The translations under genes were made by a program, and so were the position numbers. The notes under the pieces are model-generated. The model made no database searches, was not told where the DNA came from, and saw only the letters and a list, made by a program, of their open reading frames with translations. Shown in pieces: positions 32,232 to 43,144 of a DNA stretch of 64,000 nt. Positions within the stretch are counted from its first letter, which is position 1, and each line of letters begins with the position of its first letter. Origin of the DNA: Piedraia hortae CBS 480.64 (Eukaryota); assembly GCA_010093745.1 (NCBI GenBank), contig MU005972.1, forward strand, positions 1 to 64,000. The letters run 5' to 3'.

Positions 32232-33378
32232 ATGGCGGAGTCTATTCTCGGCGGAGCTGCCAGCACCTTGGTACGCTTGCTCGAACATTGCTGCGGGTGC
32301 GCCAAACTGACATATGCAGACTGAAAAGGTAGGCGGAGGTGTTACCTCGGTTTTCAAGAGCGCGACTTCGGCCATCGTGAACAAATCCTCGGCAACAGGA
32401 CACGCGTCGTCTTCCGCTTCTTATTCCCATTACTCTTCTGCTTCTCACTCCCATGTTTCTTCGGCTACCGCCGCAGCTGCTTCCTCGGTCCATCATGGTG
32501 GCAAGGTCCACCACGGACTGGCACGCGCCGCAAAGATTGGCGCAATCGTGGGCGCCATCTTGGGCGCTCTTCTGCTACTGGGTCTCCTGCTCTGCTGTTG
32601 CCTGCTTTTGAAGAAGCGACGGTCCAAGAAGCGCACCGCTGCCCTTCCCCAGCACAATGAAACGCACCAGCCCATGACCGAGTCCACGCATCATACTACC
32701 AAGCCCGCTAACACTCACCACACGGGAGTCGGCCACCACTCTGGCACCGGTCATCACGGCGCGGCTGCACCTCTAGCTGTCGGCGCCGCTGGCGCTGGAG
32801 CCGCAACAATGGCCCATCACCACCATGAAAATAAGGTTGCGGGCAACACCATGCCTACCTCTGGCAGTGGAATGACAACTCAGCAGCCCACGACGACCGG
32901 TCACTCCCTCATGCCTGGGACTCACGGCGACTCTACCACCACTGGGACTGCTGGTGGATTGATGCCTGGATCCCACACGACTACTGGCGGTATGATGCTC
33001 GGATCTCATTCTACTGGCGGTATGATGCCCGGATCTCATTCTACTGGTGGTATGATGCCCGGATCTCATGCTACTGGCGGCAGCATGATGCCCGGGTCTC
33101 ATTCCACTACCGGCAACATGATGCCAGGAACTCACACCAACGCCGGCGGAATGATGCCAGGGACTTCTTCAGGCAACATGGCGCCCGGTGCTCACGTGCC
33201 TGGTACTCAGGGTGGCATGATGTCTGGCTCTCAGGGTGGTATGATGTCCGGTTCCAATGGCGGCATGATGTCAGACACTCAGGGCTCTTCGATGCTGCCT
33301 GGCACTCATTCGACTGGTCAAGGTACCCAACCAGGTGTCATCGGACGTGTAGTGAACACCGTCGCTGGACGACTTTGA
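32232..33378 (+). CDS. Single-pass membrane protein with Ser/His-rich N-terminus, Cys cluster and Gly-Met-Met-Pro-Gly repeat tail; intron 32271-32319
   Basis: TM segment IGAIVGAILGALLLLGLLLCCCLLL followed by KKRR. The intron GTACGC...CTGAC...CAG is in frame. Confidence 0.8.
32981..33130 (+). repeat. Coding minisatellite, about 30-bp unit (STGGMMPGSH)
   Basis: ctactggcggtatgatgcccggatctcatt occurs about 3 times nearly exactly, with more diverged flanking copies. Confidence 0.85.
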
Positions 33379-34006
33379 ACGGCTCAAAATGACCCATGGC
33401 AAGGATATGATTTTGAAGCGAGAGCTCGTCGTCGGGTAATGTAATCACCTAATTCGCTTTGTAGCATGCTTGTACAAATTGATACACACTTGGTATTACA
33501 GCTTGTGCAACTGTGGATGTTATGTGGTCCACCGAAATTATCGAATGCATCGTTTGTAAGCTACCATACGTGGCAAGGCAAGTTCAGGGAGGGAAATGTT
33601 TCATAATAGAAAACATGTGGCATTAAGCTACGGAATGTTAGCACGCGGACTCCACAAACGCCGGGTCATCGTTGCTTCGTCTGTTAAGAGGCAGAGCTAA
33701 CGCCAACGCCGAGGAAATTCATATGCATGGCAATCCTTTTGCGGTGCTCCCACAGATGGTGTGCCACGAATGCTGGACATCGAGCTCTTCATCGCTGGGC
33801 ACGTAGCCGCACCACGCCTTAACCGGCTGCCCGATCGACCTTCACCGTCCGTGTAACTCTTGAATATACCGGTCAAGTGAGGCTGGACAATATGAATAGC
33901 GAAGAAAACGGCGACAATAAGCATTTCGATTGCGCGTCCAGCAGGACAAGAGCGCGCACAACACGAGCCGACGCAAGAAGTCCTGAGTCGGCGCTACTCC
34001 ACCCGT

Positions 34007-35389
34007 TCAGTAGTTGTTGCCATATCCGGATTGATCAACGCGCTTCGTCTGGGAGCGAAGCTGCCTGTACAACACAAAAAAAAGTCAGCATGTTACCATC
34101 CCCCCATATGCAGTGCCCGGAAAGGAGCCAGGGAGGCAGGCGTCTTACAAGACAGTGCAAACGAGGGCGGGTTGTACGGGAGAGCGAACTCACATTCCCG
34201 AGTGTTGGTTGTCACGCTTGGTACCCGCCTGAGCTCGATTGGTAGTAGGGGGTCGGCTGCGCCCGACCTTGTCGTCGTCATCGCCACCTGTCTGACCCTG
34301 CGTCTGCGAGGCCGAAGCCTGAGCATTTTTCTGATATTTGTAGACGGTCCAGTCGAAAACATAATCGTACTGAAAGCCTTCGCGCACGAACAAGTCGCGG
34401 AAAATCTTGCGCAGGTATGAGTAGTCGGGTTTATCGTCGAAACGTAGGCTGCGTGTGTAGTTCAGGTACATGGCAAACTCGGAGGGATAGCCACGACAGA
34501 GCACTTCGGTGGGCGTTGTCATTTTTTTCTCCATGATGCGGTCGTACTTTTGCTTCTTGGTAGCCGCCTTCAGTCCCTGCCAGGGCAAAGACCCACGGCA
34601 AAAGTAAAGCATGACGTACCCTAGCGACTCCATGTCGTCGCGACGAGACTGCTCTAAACAGACAGGTTAGCAGGCAGAAAACATGCACAGGTAATACTTT
34701 GACATACCGACGCCCAGGTGCGTGTTGATGCTGGCGTAGCGAGCCGTGCCGGTGAGGTTCTTGTTCTCGCGGTAGGGTATATGAAAGTGAGTCTTGGGGT
34801 CACGGTATTTCTTGGCGAGACCAAAATCGATCACGTTGACTTGATTTCCACGCTTGCCGATGCCCATGAGGAAGTTGTCCGGCTTGATGTCACGGTGGAT
34901 AAAGCTCTTGGCGTGTATGTACTCGATGCGAGAGATGAGCTGATCGGCTAGCAAGAGGACTGTCTTGAGAGAGAACTTGCGGTTGCAAAAGTTGAAGAGG
35001 TCCTCAAGCGAAGGGCCGAGCAAATCAAGCACCATGGCGTTGTAGTCACATTCCGTTCCGAACCATCTGACAAAGGGAATCCCCACACCGCCGGCAAGAG
35101 ACTTGTACACGCGTGCCTCATATTCCAATTGCGGATGCTTGGCCTTGACGCTTTCGAGCTTGATGGCAATTTCTTCGCCAGAGATGATGTTAGTGCCTGG
35201 CGAAGGTTAGGGCTTAGATCAAGCTGTGAGCAGAGCTACCGACCGAGGTAGATATCACCGAACGAACCGCTGCCTATCTTGCGGCCGATACGGTACTTGT
35301 TACCGACACGGAGATCCTGAGGGTTGGTCAGCATTATGTGAGGCAGTGCGTTAGGGACAGTAGGCGAAGATGCTCACCATGGTGGCCAT
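34007..35389 (-). CDS. HRR25: Casein kinase I (Hrr25/CK1a); introns 35377-35317, 35243-35197, 34707-34654 and probable 34193-34065
   Basis: [45 protein letters not shown] and LPWQGLKA. The last exon is inferred from a GTGAGT donor and a CTGAC/poly-T/CAG acceptor. Confidence 0.95.
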
Positions 35390-36139
35390 GATTGGCGGAG
35401 AGTGATGTTGAAGGGGGAAATGTTGAGGAAGGGTAATGCTGAGTTTGTTCAATGGGGAAGGGGAGGCCCTGGGTGGGGGGCGGTGTGCGTTGGAGTGTGA
35501 CAGCGAAGGAGGGAACAAGCGGTAAGAGAGGCAGTGCACGGGCCAGGCCATAGGGCGGCAAGCGAGGGGGGAAACATGCACGTGACTGTGATTGGGCATG
35601 AGGTCACGGGGACAAAGGATCTCTACGACGAGTACGGCAACGCAGGGAGTCTAATCGAAAAGATACTTGTACAAACTCGCTGCGACATGGCCTTCTCATT
35701 GTTTCTAATGGCCCCGTGAGGTTTTGCGGTGTGGATTGCGCGGGTCGTTCTTAAACTCCTCCGCTGTCATGTTTGGTCAGCTAGAAACGAATGCAAGTAG
35801 AGAAAAACGCACAATTCATCATTGCATTAGCCACAGAGTTGACCCCATAAAGAACCAAAGCGCCGGCAGCCATAAAGGGCCAGTATGGTTTTACTACGTG
35901 TGCGGCGTCAGCATGGAGCCTAGTTTCCCCTCTGAAAATCACGCACTGACTGGCGTGGGAAACTTCTTCCCCAGCATAGAGTGAGTAGGCGTCCCGTTAG
36001 GCATGTTGCGGGTGTGTGCTGGTCGTGCGACGTGTGTTGTCGTTGGAAGAGTGATCCTGGTGGTAATTTTCCGGGACCGAGCGCGGGGAAACTTCGGGCC
36101 ATTCATCAACGGTACCCACGTCGCCTTGCAGACGCAAAC

Positions 36140-36640
36140 ATGGACTCTACCTCTACGGCACTTCAGGGCTGCGTCGCCTCGTTGCGCACCAGCATGCAGT
36201 TGCTGTCCTCAAGCATTTCCATTCTAGACTCTGGTGTCAACGATCACCCACGTCTTTGCCGCGTCCTCCACACCGAGAGACACTTTGAGCTGATTTCCGA
36301 ACACGATCTCGAGGCCGCTCAGGCCTCCCTACGTTCTGAGATCACCCCAGAACTGATGGCGCTGTTATCGCGCGTTGAAGGTTACCTGGACAAGCTTGAA
36401 CGGCGACAGCAATCACTAATTTCACATGCGGAATTGCAGGAAGGGCGCCTGGCGAGTCTATTGGGAAACAGTAAGAAGGCAGGCAACGGCGAGGAACAGG
36501 TGGGCAAGATGAATACGAACACGAAATTACAAATACAGCAATTTCGTGCCAAAAAAGGGCGGCTAACGTCGACGATCAGCCGCTTAGAGTTGGAAGCGGC
36601 GCATAGGCATCGTCAGCTGAGGAAGAGTATGGCGGCGTAA
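36140..36640 (+). CDS. SPC19: DASH/Dam1 complex subunit Spc19
   Basis: LQGCVASLRTSMQLLSSSISILDSGVNDHPRL...RHFELISE...LERRQQSL. Confidence 0.88.
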   Translation: MDSTSTALQGCVASLRTSMQLLSSSISILDSGVNDHPRLCRVLHTERHFELISEHDLEAAQASLRSEITPELMALLSRVEGYLDKLERRQQSLISHAELQEGRLASLLGNSKKAGNGEEQVGKMNTNTKLQIQQFRAKKGRLTSTISRLELEAAHRHRQLRKSMAA

Positions 36641-37149
36641 GAGAGTCATAAGCAGCTGTCATGCGTCGAATTATTCGTTACGGCGAAAGTTGTAAGTGAG
36701 GGCACTAGCGCGGCCAGGTGCGGTAATTTAGGGCCCCTGCTGATATCGGACCACCCCTTCGTCTGGGGAAATTTGAACGTGCGTTTTGGCTGGAACAGCT
36801 CCCAACTTCAACTCGGGCCAACAGCCTCGAGGGTCGTGCAGCACTGGCGACCAAATCTCGTTAGCAATAGACTGTAACAATGGACCCTTGAAAGCTCGTT
36901 AGTTTTTTCTTCTGGATGGTCTTTGTCCCGTTATCTGATAAATGACCTGGTGTAGTCATTCTTATGCGACATTGACTTTTCCCTAGACGATATACTCCAT
37001 AGAGTCTGCCTTTTAGGTCACCTGGCAGGCCAGGGTCTCCCGCGCGGCCGCCACGGGGCCTCTTTGAGCAACGCCAGGGGCTTTCCTTTGCTCTCTATAA
37101 GGTTATAGCTCTGCTCACATCTATCACACTCAGCAGCAGGTTTTCTAGC

Positions 37150-39246
37150 ATGGAGAAAGCTTCCAATGTTGAGAAAGGCCCACAATCTTCTTCTACCCGC
37201 GGAAAATGGAGCTTGGGCATCTTGAACGATCCCCATACAGATGAAGTGCCTGGTTCCGTCCTGCTTCTCTCCAAGGTCAGCCAGTACAATGAGCCCCTCG
37301 GCCTACGGAACGCGCCTGCTCGCACCTCAGCATCCAGTTTTCCTGACCCCTATCCGCCCTCTCGGTCGTCGTCTCGCCGCCGCGCTCCTCGCACTCCTGA
37401 GAAGAAACGTACGGCCGATGGCAAGATTGTTCTGGAGCCCCAGCCTGATGAGAGCCCCAATGATCCCCTTAATTGGCCCACGCTACGCCGAGATGCTGCC
37501 CTCATCTCCCTTGGTCTGTATTGCATGGTTGGTGGTGGCATGACTCCAATTCTGGCTGCCGGATTCCATGATGTTGCAAAAGCATTCAAGGTCAGCGTAC
37601 CACACGTTGCCCTTACCACCGGGCTATATATGCTGGGGCTTGGCGTGGGCTCCGTTGTGTTGAGCCCGACGGCAATTCTGTTCGGCAAAAGACCTGTCTA
37701 TCTCTGCTCTGCCGTCTGCTTTATCCTGGCTTCTGTTTGGTGCGCGTTAAGCCACAGCTTTGCCAGCCTCGTATGTGGACGCATCTTCATGGGTATTTCT
37801 GTGGCAGCGGTTGAGTGCCTGCCATCTGCCACCATTGCGGAAATATACTTTTTGCATGAAAAGGCCTATCGACTAGGTATCTATACTCTACTTCTTCTCG
37901 GCGGCAAGAATCTGGTGCCATTGGTCAGTGCTGTTGTCATCCAGAGTTTGGGCTGGCGTTGGGTCTTTTGGATCGTTGCCTGTATCGTTGGCTTGTGCCT
38001 TACTCTGCTGTTCTTATTCGTCCCTGAGACATTCTGGGACCGGACTCCAACTCCGCACGCAAAAAGGCGACATAGCCATCCTGTTTCACATGGGAACGGG
38101 CATTCCATCAGTTCAGCTGCTCCGAACGACCAAGGCCCACCAACAGAAATGGTTGTATCGCAGCATGAGAGGCATGCGCACTTCCAGGACGACACGGGAA
38201 AAGCCGAGTCCGAGGAGAATATTGCTACAGAGGAAAGCCATACCAATAACTTGGAAGAGGGAGATAACGCCGATGTGATACTAGACTCGTCCGCTGGCTC
38301 ATCTGCCGTACCTTACACCGCTGATTTCCCTGCAAATGAAGTTGCGGCTTCACATGCGGTCCCATCTACACCAACTGGTCAGCAGGCATCCACGGTTTCG
38401 CCAGCTGCTCTCGAAGCCGGTGCTGCCTCTCCCGCCTCGCAGCAAAATTCGGGCCATGCCAACGCTTATACAAGGCATTTCTCTTCACAGCCGGCCAAAA
38501 CTTTTTCACAACAGCTACGGCCCTTTGCTGGACGACTCAGCCATGATAGTTGGCTTCGTGTCGCCTTTCGGCCCTTTATACTCTTTGCATATCCCTCAAT
38601 CCTCTGGAGCACGCTTGTCTACAGCTTGTCCGTTGGGTGGCTGATTGTGCTTTCAGAGAGCGTGTCGACCATATATCAGAGTAAGGAGACCTACCATTTC
38701 ACGCGTTTGCAAACTGGACTAGTGTACATCTCGCCCTTTGTTGGAGGCGTTTTGGGTACGGCTGTAGCGGGCAAGCTGTCTGATCTTGTTGTGCGTGCGC
38801 TAGCTCGACGTAATGGTGGCATTTATGAGCCTGAGTATCGGCTCGTCATGGCAATTCCCATTGCTATCTTTACGACAGTCGGTTTGATGGGCTATGGGTG
38901 GGCTGCTGAGGAGCGTGATGCCTGGATTGCGCCCACGATATTCTTTGGTTGCATCTCCTTTGGCTGCTCTGTGGGTTCTACCACGGCCATTACCTTTGCT
39001 GTCGACTCTTACCGGCAATATGCAGGCGAAGCCCTCGTGACGTTGAACTTTTCCAAAAACGTCTTGCACGGTTTTGTCTTCAGCTTGTTCTTCAACAAGT
39101 GGCTTGACGCCGAAGGCTCGCGCGATGTCTTTATTGCCATTGGTGGCATTCAACTGGGTTGTTTACTCATGACCATACCAATGTACATCTTTGGAAAGCG
39201 TGCTCGCATGTGGACGGTGCGGCGGAATCTAATGGAGAAGTTTTGA
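37150..39246 (+). CDS. MFS transporter, DHA1/HOL1-like
   Basis: LEPQPDESPNDPLNWP, FGKRPVY, GWRWVF, VPETF and YEPEYRL, with a 12-TM pattern and a long central loop. Confidence 0.9.
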   Translation: MEKASNVEKGPQSSSTRGKWSLGILNDPHTDEVPGSVLLLSKVSQYNEPLGLRNAPARTSASSFPDPYPPSRSSSRRRAPRTPEKKRTADGKIVLEPQPDESPNDPLNWPTLRRDAALISLGLYCMVGGGMTPILAAGFHDVAKAFKVSVPHVALTTGLYMLGLGVGSVVLSPTAILFGKRPVYLCSAVCFILASVWCALSHSFASLVCGRIFMGISVAAVECLPSATIAEIYFLHEKAYRLGIYTLLLLGGKNLVPLVSAVVIQSLGWRWVFWIVACIVGLCLTLLFLFVPETFWDRTPTPHAKRRHSHPVSHGNGHSISSAAPNDQGPPTEMVVSQHERHAHFQDDTGKAESEENIATEESHTNNLEEGDNADVILDSSAGSSAVPYTADFPANEVAASHAVPSTPTGQQASTVSPAALEAGAASPASQQNSGHANAYTRHFSSQPAKTFSQQLRPFAGRLSHDSWLRVAFRPFILFAYPSILWSTLVYSLSVGWLIVLSESVSTIYQSKETYHFTRLQTGLVYISPFVGGVLGTAVAGKLSDLVVRALARRNGGIYEPEYRLVMAIPIAIFTTVGLMGYGWAAEERDAWIAPTIFFGCISFGCSVGSTTAITFAVDSYRQYAGEALVTLNFSKNVLHGFVFSLFFNKWLDAEGSRDVFIAIGGIQLGCLLMTIPMYIFGKRARMWTVRRNLMEKF

Positions 39247-39423
39247 GAAATCTAAAAACCAAGAGATGTAAAATGAGCTTGGTATATACATGATGACTAT
39301 ACGAATCACTTGGCAAATGCCCTTGTAGATGTGTTTTTTTGTTTTCCAGAGCCTGGTGTCAGTCTGTGAATCTTCTGAGACATGTCGACCCCTAATATGG
39401 TCCATGTACTACTGTATTCACAT

Positions 39424-40360
39424 TTATCCACGCAGCTTTAATGCTTGTAAAAGAGCACTTACCGAGCACTTACTCAGCTCCAGAAGCCGATCCTTGGGCT
39501 TGAAATCACGAAAGCGAGTCATTTGCCCGGGATTTTTGCCGCTTTCCAGTGCGTTTTGTAGAGATGCTTCACATTCACATACGTTGGCTTTGCCATGCAC
39601 CCGCCATTTTTGAATTCCAGAATTTGATTCGAGAAGGACGTACAGAGACCGAGATGCGAAACTCCATATGTTGCAGGAGCTGCAGGCATCCAATCCTTGA
39701 CGTCTATCTTCTTGTTTGTAAACCTCAACACTTTGCCCCCAAATGAAGTCATTTGTTAAAATTCAACCCGGTTAACGCGTCGGGAAATAACAAGTACGGA
39801 GTGTTTAGAGATATGTTTTGAATAACAGTCAACTCCGTGAGAGTGGCATGTAAAGAAAGGAATCGTCGTGCTCTTGTGAAGACCGGCCAGGTTTCGGGGT
39901 AACCAGCGGAGGAAAATGACACTGCCACGGCGAATGGTAGGACTGGGGAGGTGCATAACATGGTGTGTTCTCCACGGGTTGGATTGGGTGTTTGATGTCT
40001 GGGAGAAGGCCGGAAGCGGGAGGATAAGGATGATGAAAGGAAGGGGGGACAAAGCGGTTATGTTCCAAAGATCTAGACTGTAATTTAGGCTGGAAATGTT
40101 GCCAAAGACTGGATCGTTCGTGTTGTTTCCTTGCAAATGTAGCCTTGAATATCCTCCTCATGCTTGAGCAGGGCTGACTGCAGGCATGTTTAAGGGTCGA
40201 CTCTGGCTTCTAGCTGCCGAGAGTGCTTAGGTCGTTTGAGTATCATATTCCACTCAAACTTGGGCATAGCAAACTACCGGCTTTTCAGGTTTGGTCTTTT
40301 TTCCACCTCATACACAATGGATATGGTGGAGCCTTCAATAAAGCAGGCCCATCTCTGCAT
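39424..40360 (-). pseudogene. Possible heavily decayed protein kinase pseudogene
   Basis: Motif remnants appear in kinase order across several frames: IEGSTISIVYEV..FAMPKF, LPDIK, TPYLLFPD, SCNIWSF, FKPKDRL. There are many stops and frameshifts. Confidence 0.3.
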
Positions 40361-40686
40361 CCAGATCCATTTGTAAAGCCCATGTTCAAATTTACTGCAT
40401 CAAACCAACTTTCAGATCGAGCCAAACCGTAATATTTGCAAAAACCTAGACTAATACACCTTCCTGAAATGTAAATGCCAAGACACGTTGCACCAGCCGG
40501 AAAAGACTTGGCATTATTTCATTATTAGCCTGGTATCAAAGTCAAGCAACGCATGACAGCACACACGGCGTTACTCACATGTATATCTTTGACATGGACG
40601 ATCAAATGTACTCGACATAGGACAACATTGAGTCCGTGCATAGTGTGCCAAAGCATCCGGAAGAAGTGTGGGGAAAATTGGCCAAC

Positions 40687-43110
40687 ATGTCGCTGATCAT
40701 TAGTCAAGACTTTACGCTATATCGCCTTCGCTCCGCGTATCTGAATAGGATACACGATGGGGTTGGCGAACGGTTGATTCATCTGGACGCTGGTATTCTC
40801 AACGAACCGGCGTTTCGTGCTACAGGATGGACGCCCGACCATGCAGCTATCAAGCGCTGCTACAGCCCGCCAATACCTTGTTCTGGCGCAGCAGAGTATT
40901 TTTCGCTTCCAAAGGTTCGGCGCTCGAGTGAATTGGACGGTGTTGCTGCGACTCCAGACGAGAATGGCCGCACAAACGTGGGCCGGTCAGCATTGGCAGA
41001 AAAGGAAAAGACAGGTGGGATGCAGAGTACCAAGGTAGAAGAGGATCTTAGTTCGGATGCGAGCGAGGAGAGCGACGAGGAAGAGGTAGGAAAGCTGGGG
41101 TCCGACAAGGTTGGTATACCAGAGACAAAGATAACCAGCCCCTCGTACAGACCGCGCACCAGTAGTCTAGGCGCTGCAGAACATATGCACGCCGCGAACG
41201 CCCAGATACCTTTTAGAGGCGGTCGACCGCGCCGAGACACGGCAACCAGCAGCGAAATGAGCAGCGAAAACGAAGGTGCGGTGCCGGATTTCAGAAGGAG
41301 ATTGCCATTACGACCTCAGCTATCGGCTCTGCAGGCGGAGAAGATCACAGAAGAGCCAGGCGACGAAAGTGCGGTGGACTACGAGGACGAAGACGAAGAC
41401 GTCGAGGTAGCCGAGGCTAGTGACCTTAGTGATGAGTTTGAGGGCGATGACATCGCCGTTCCCTCGCCCCAATTACCGATTGAGGGAGGTACGGGAGTGT
41501 CAGACGAGTCCAAAGATCTTGTCATTGTACCACCGGCCATCACGCCGGAAGACACCAAGGACAGCGCACCAAAAGGGTTGCCTAAGCTACCTAAACTTCC
41601 CCAAGGCCGAGTTTTACCCAAACCCCCTGCTGTCAGCCTACTTTCCGTCGCTTTCAAGGATAAAGGTGAAGGGAACTCTTCCAAGCCTTTTCAGAAATAT
41701 GCCGGATTGTCTGGCCAGGGCGAGCCGCAGCCGTTGTGGATCAAGATCCATGCACCATTCTCTGACGTTGCACAGGAACCTATACAGGTGCCTCTACGGC
41801 GGACAAAGGATGCAGAGGGAGGCGTCCCAACTGTGGAAGAGCTAATTGGCCTGGCACTCTTCCGGTTCGACCAGGAAGGCTTCGAATTTACGTTGAAAAG
41901 CGGGAAAGTGGAGAGTTGGGAACTACGAATGGTAGAGGACGGTGATATCGACATGGATTTTCCCGCACTCAGTAGGCACCGGCCGGTGACGGATTTTACA
42001 TCCAACAACAATCGACCACCCAACAGGCGGATGCGTGACAAGCCTTGGGACGAATTCGGCCTGGTGCATGCAAGTGGAGAATCAGACGAGGTGCAAAGCC
42101 AGCAGCCAACACCCCGTCCAGCGTCGACGACACAGACGCCGCCAGTGGCTCCAAGCATGGCGCCGAACCGCAACCCCATCACCGGCCCATTCTTCCCGCT
42201 CAAGCAGGCAGTGCAAAAATCATCGGCTTTGGATGCGCCGCAGGCCATAGAAGCCACGTCAACTCCGCGCATGGGCGCTGCCAAGACAGTTACGGTGCAC
42301 TTTACAGATCCACAATCATTCAAGATCCAGCGAATCATGTTGGAGACGACAGCAGACACGTACATTGCCGAGCTGTTTGACATGGCCTGCGCCCGTCTTC
42401 GCCTGGACAAGGCACTTTATCTGTTCAAGGTTCGGGGCACGCAGACGGTGGCCCCTTCTGACCGAACTGTCGAAGCGCTTGGATCCAAGTTACATTTGGA
42501 TCTATCTCGTAGGCGATTTGGAGCGGTGGGAGACTTTGGGCTGGGGCTTTCGGGCTCTCCAGGCTCAAGCTCGCCCAACGCTCCGCTGGAGTTGGTGCCT
42601 AACGCTCCATTCGGCAGAGACGGAAAGCGGCGTAAGGGCTTTGGAAACGTGGCAGGCGGCATTCTGCACCCACTCACACAACCGCGCGGCGAGATGAACG
42701 CCACCAATCCTTCCCTGCTCGAGTTGACTGGGCCCGGGAACGAGATTGGACGGAGGTATAATGTGCTGAGGAAGCAGCCATTGTCCTTTGCCGGTTCACA
42801 CCCCCGAACCCTCATAATATCGCCCGAAATGATGCAGGTCCTACCGGCGGCGGACGACCATCCGGCGCGGGCGCAGGGTGGCCATGCCCCTAGTGGCGCT
42901 GTAGGCCGCAAGGTAACATATGTTCCAATGAACAGCATCATCGGCGTCAAGGTCAGCAGAAAGCATCCAAAGATGATACGTGTGCTCGTCTATCGAGAGC
43001 GCGAGACGAAGCGGTATGATTTTGAATGTTCCAGCCACGCAGAGGCCGAAACAATTGTTGGCGACATCAAAGTTGGCCTCGGGGAATATGGTGTTGGGGG
43101 TGATGACTAG
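40687..43110 (+). CDS. AVO1: TORC2 subunit Avo1/SIN1
   Basis: N-terminal LRSAYL...DGVGERLI...IKRCYSPPIP, CRIM-like WELRMVEDGDIDMDFPAL, and a C-terminal PH-like region KVSRKHP...KRYDFE. Confidence 0.9.
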   Translation: MSLIISQDFTLYRLRSAYLNRIHDGVGERLIHLDAGILNEPAFRATGWTPDHAAIKRCYSPPIPCSGAAEYFSLPKVRRSSELDGVAATPDENGRTNVGRSALAEKEKTGGMQSTKVEEDLSSDASEESDEEEVGKLGSDKVGIPETKITSPSYRPRTSSLGAAEHMHAANAQIPFRGGRPRRDTATSSEMSSENEGAVPDFRRRLPLRPQLSALQAEKITEEPGDESAVDYEDEDEDVEVAEASDLSDEFEGDDIAVPSPQLPIEGGTGVSDESKDLVIVPPAITPEDTKDSAPKGLPKLPKLPQGRVLPKPPAVSLLSVAFKDKGEGNSSKPFQKYAGLSGQGEPQPLWIKIHAPFSDVAQEPIQVPLRRTKDAEGGVPTVEELIGLALFRFDQEGFEFTLKSGKVESWELRMVEDGDIDMDFPALSRHRPVTDFTSNNNRPPNRRMRDKPWDEFGLVHASGESDEVQSQQPTPRPASTTQTPPVAPSMAPNRNPITGPFFPLKQAVQKSSALDAPQAIEATSTPRMGAAKTVTVHFTDPQSFKIQRIMLETTADTYIAELFDMACARLRLDKALYLFKVRGTQTVAPSDRTVEALGSKLHLDLSRRRFGAVGDFGLGLSGSPGSSSPNAPLELVPNAPFGRDGKRRKGFGNVAGGILHPLTQPRGEMNATNPSLLELTGPGNEIGRRYNVLRKQPLSFAGSHPRTLIISPEMMQVLPAADDHPARAQGGHAPSGAVGRKVTYVPMNSIIGVKVSRKHPKMIRVLVYRERETKRYDFECSSHAEAETIVGDIKVGLGEYGVGGDD

Positions 43111-43144
43111 ATTCTGGCCATTTAACGACGGATGCAACATATAT

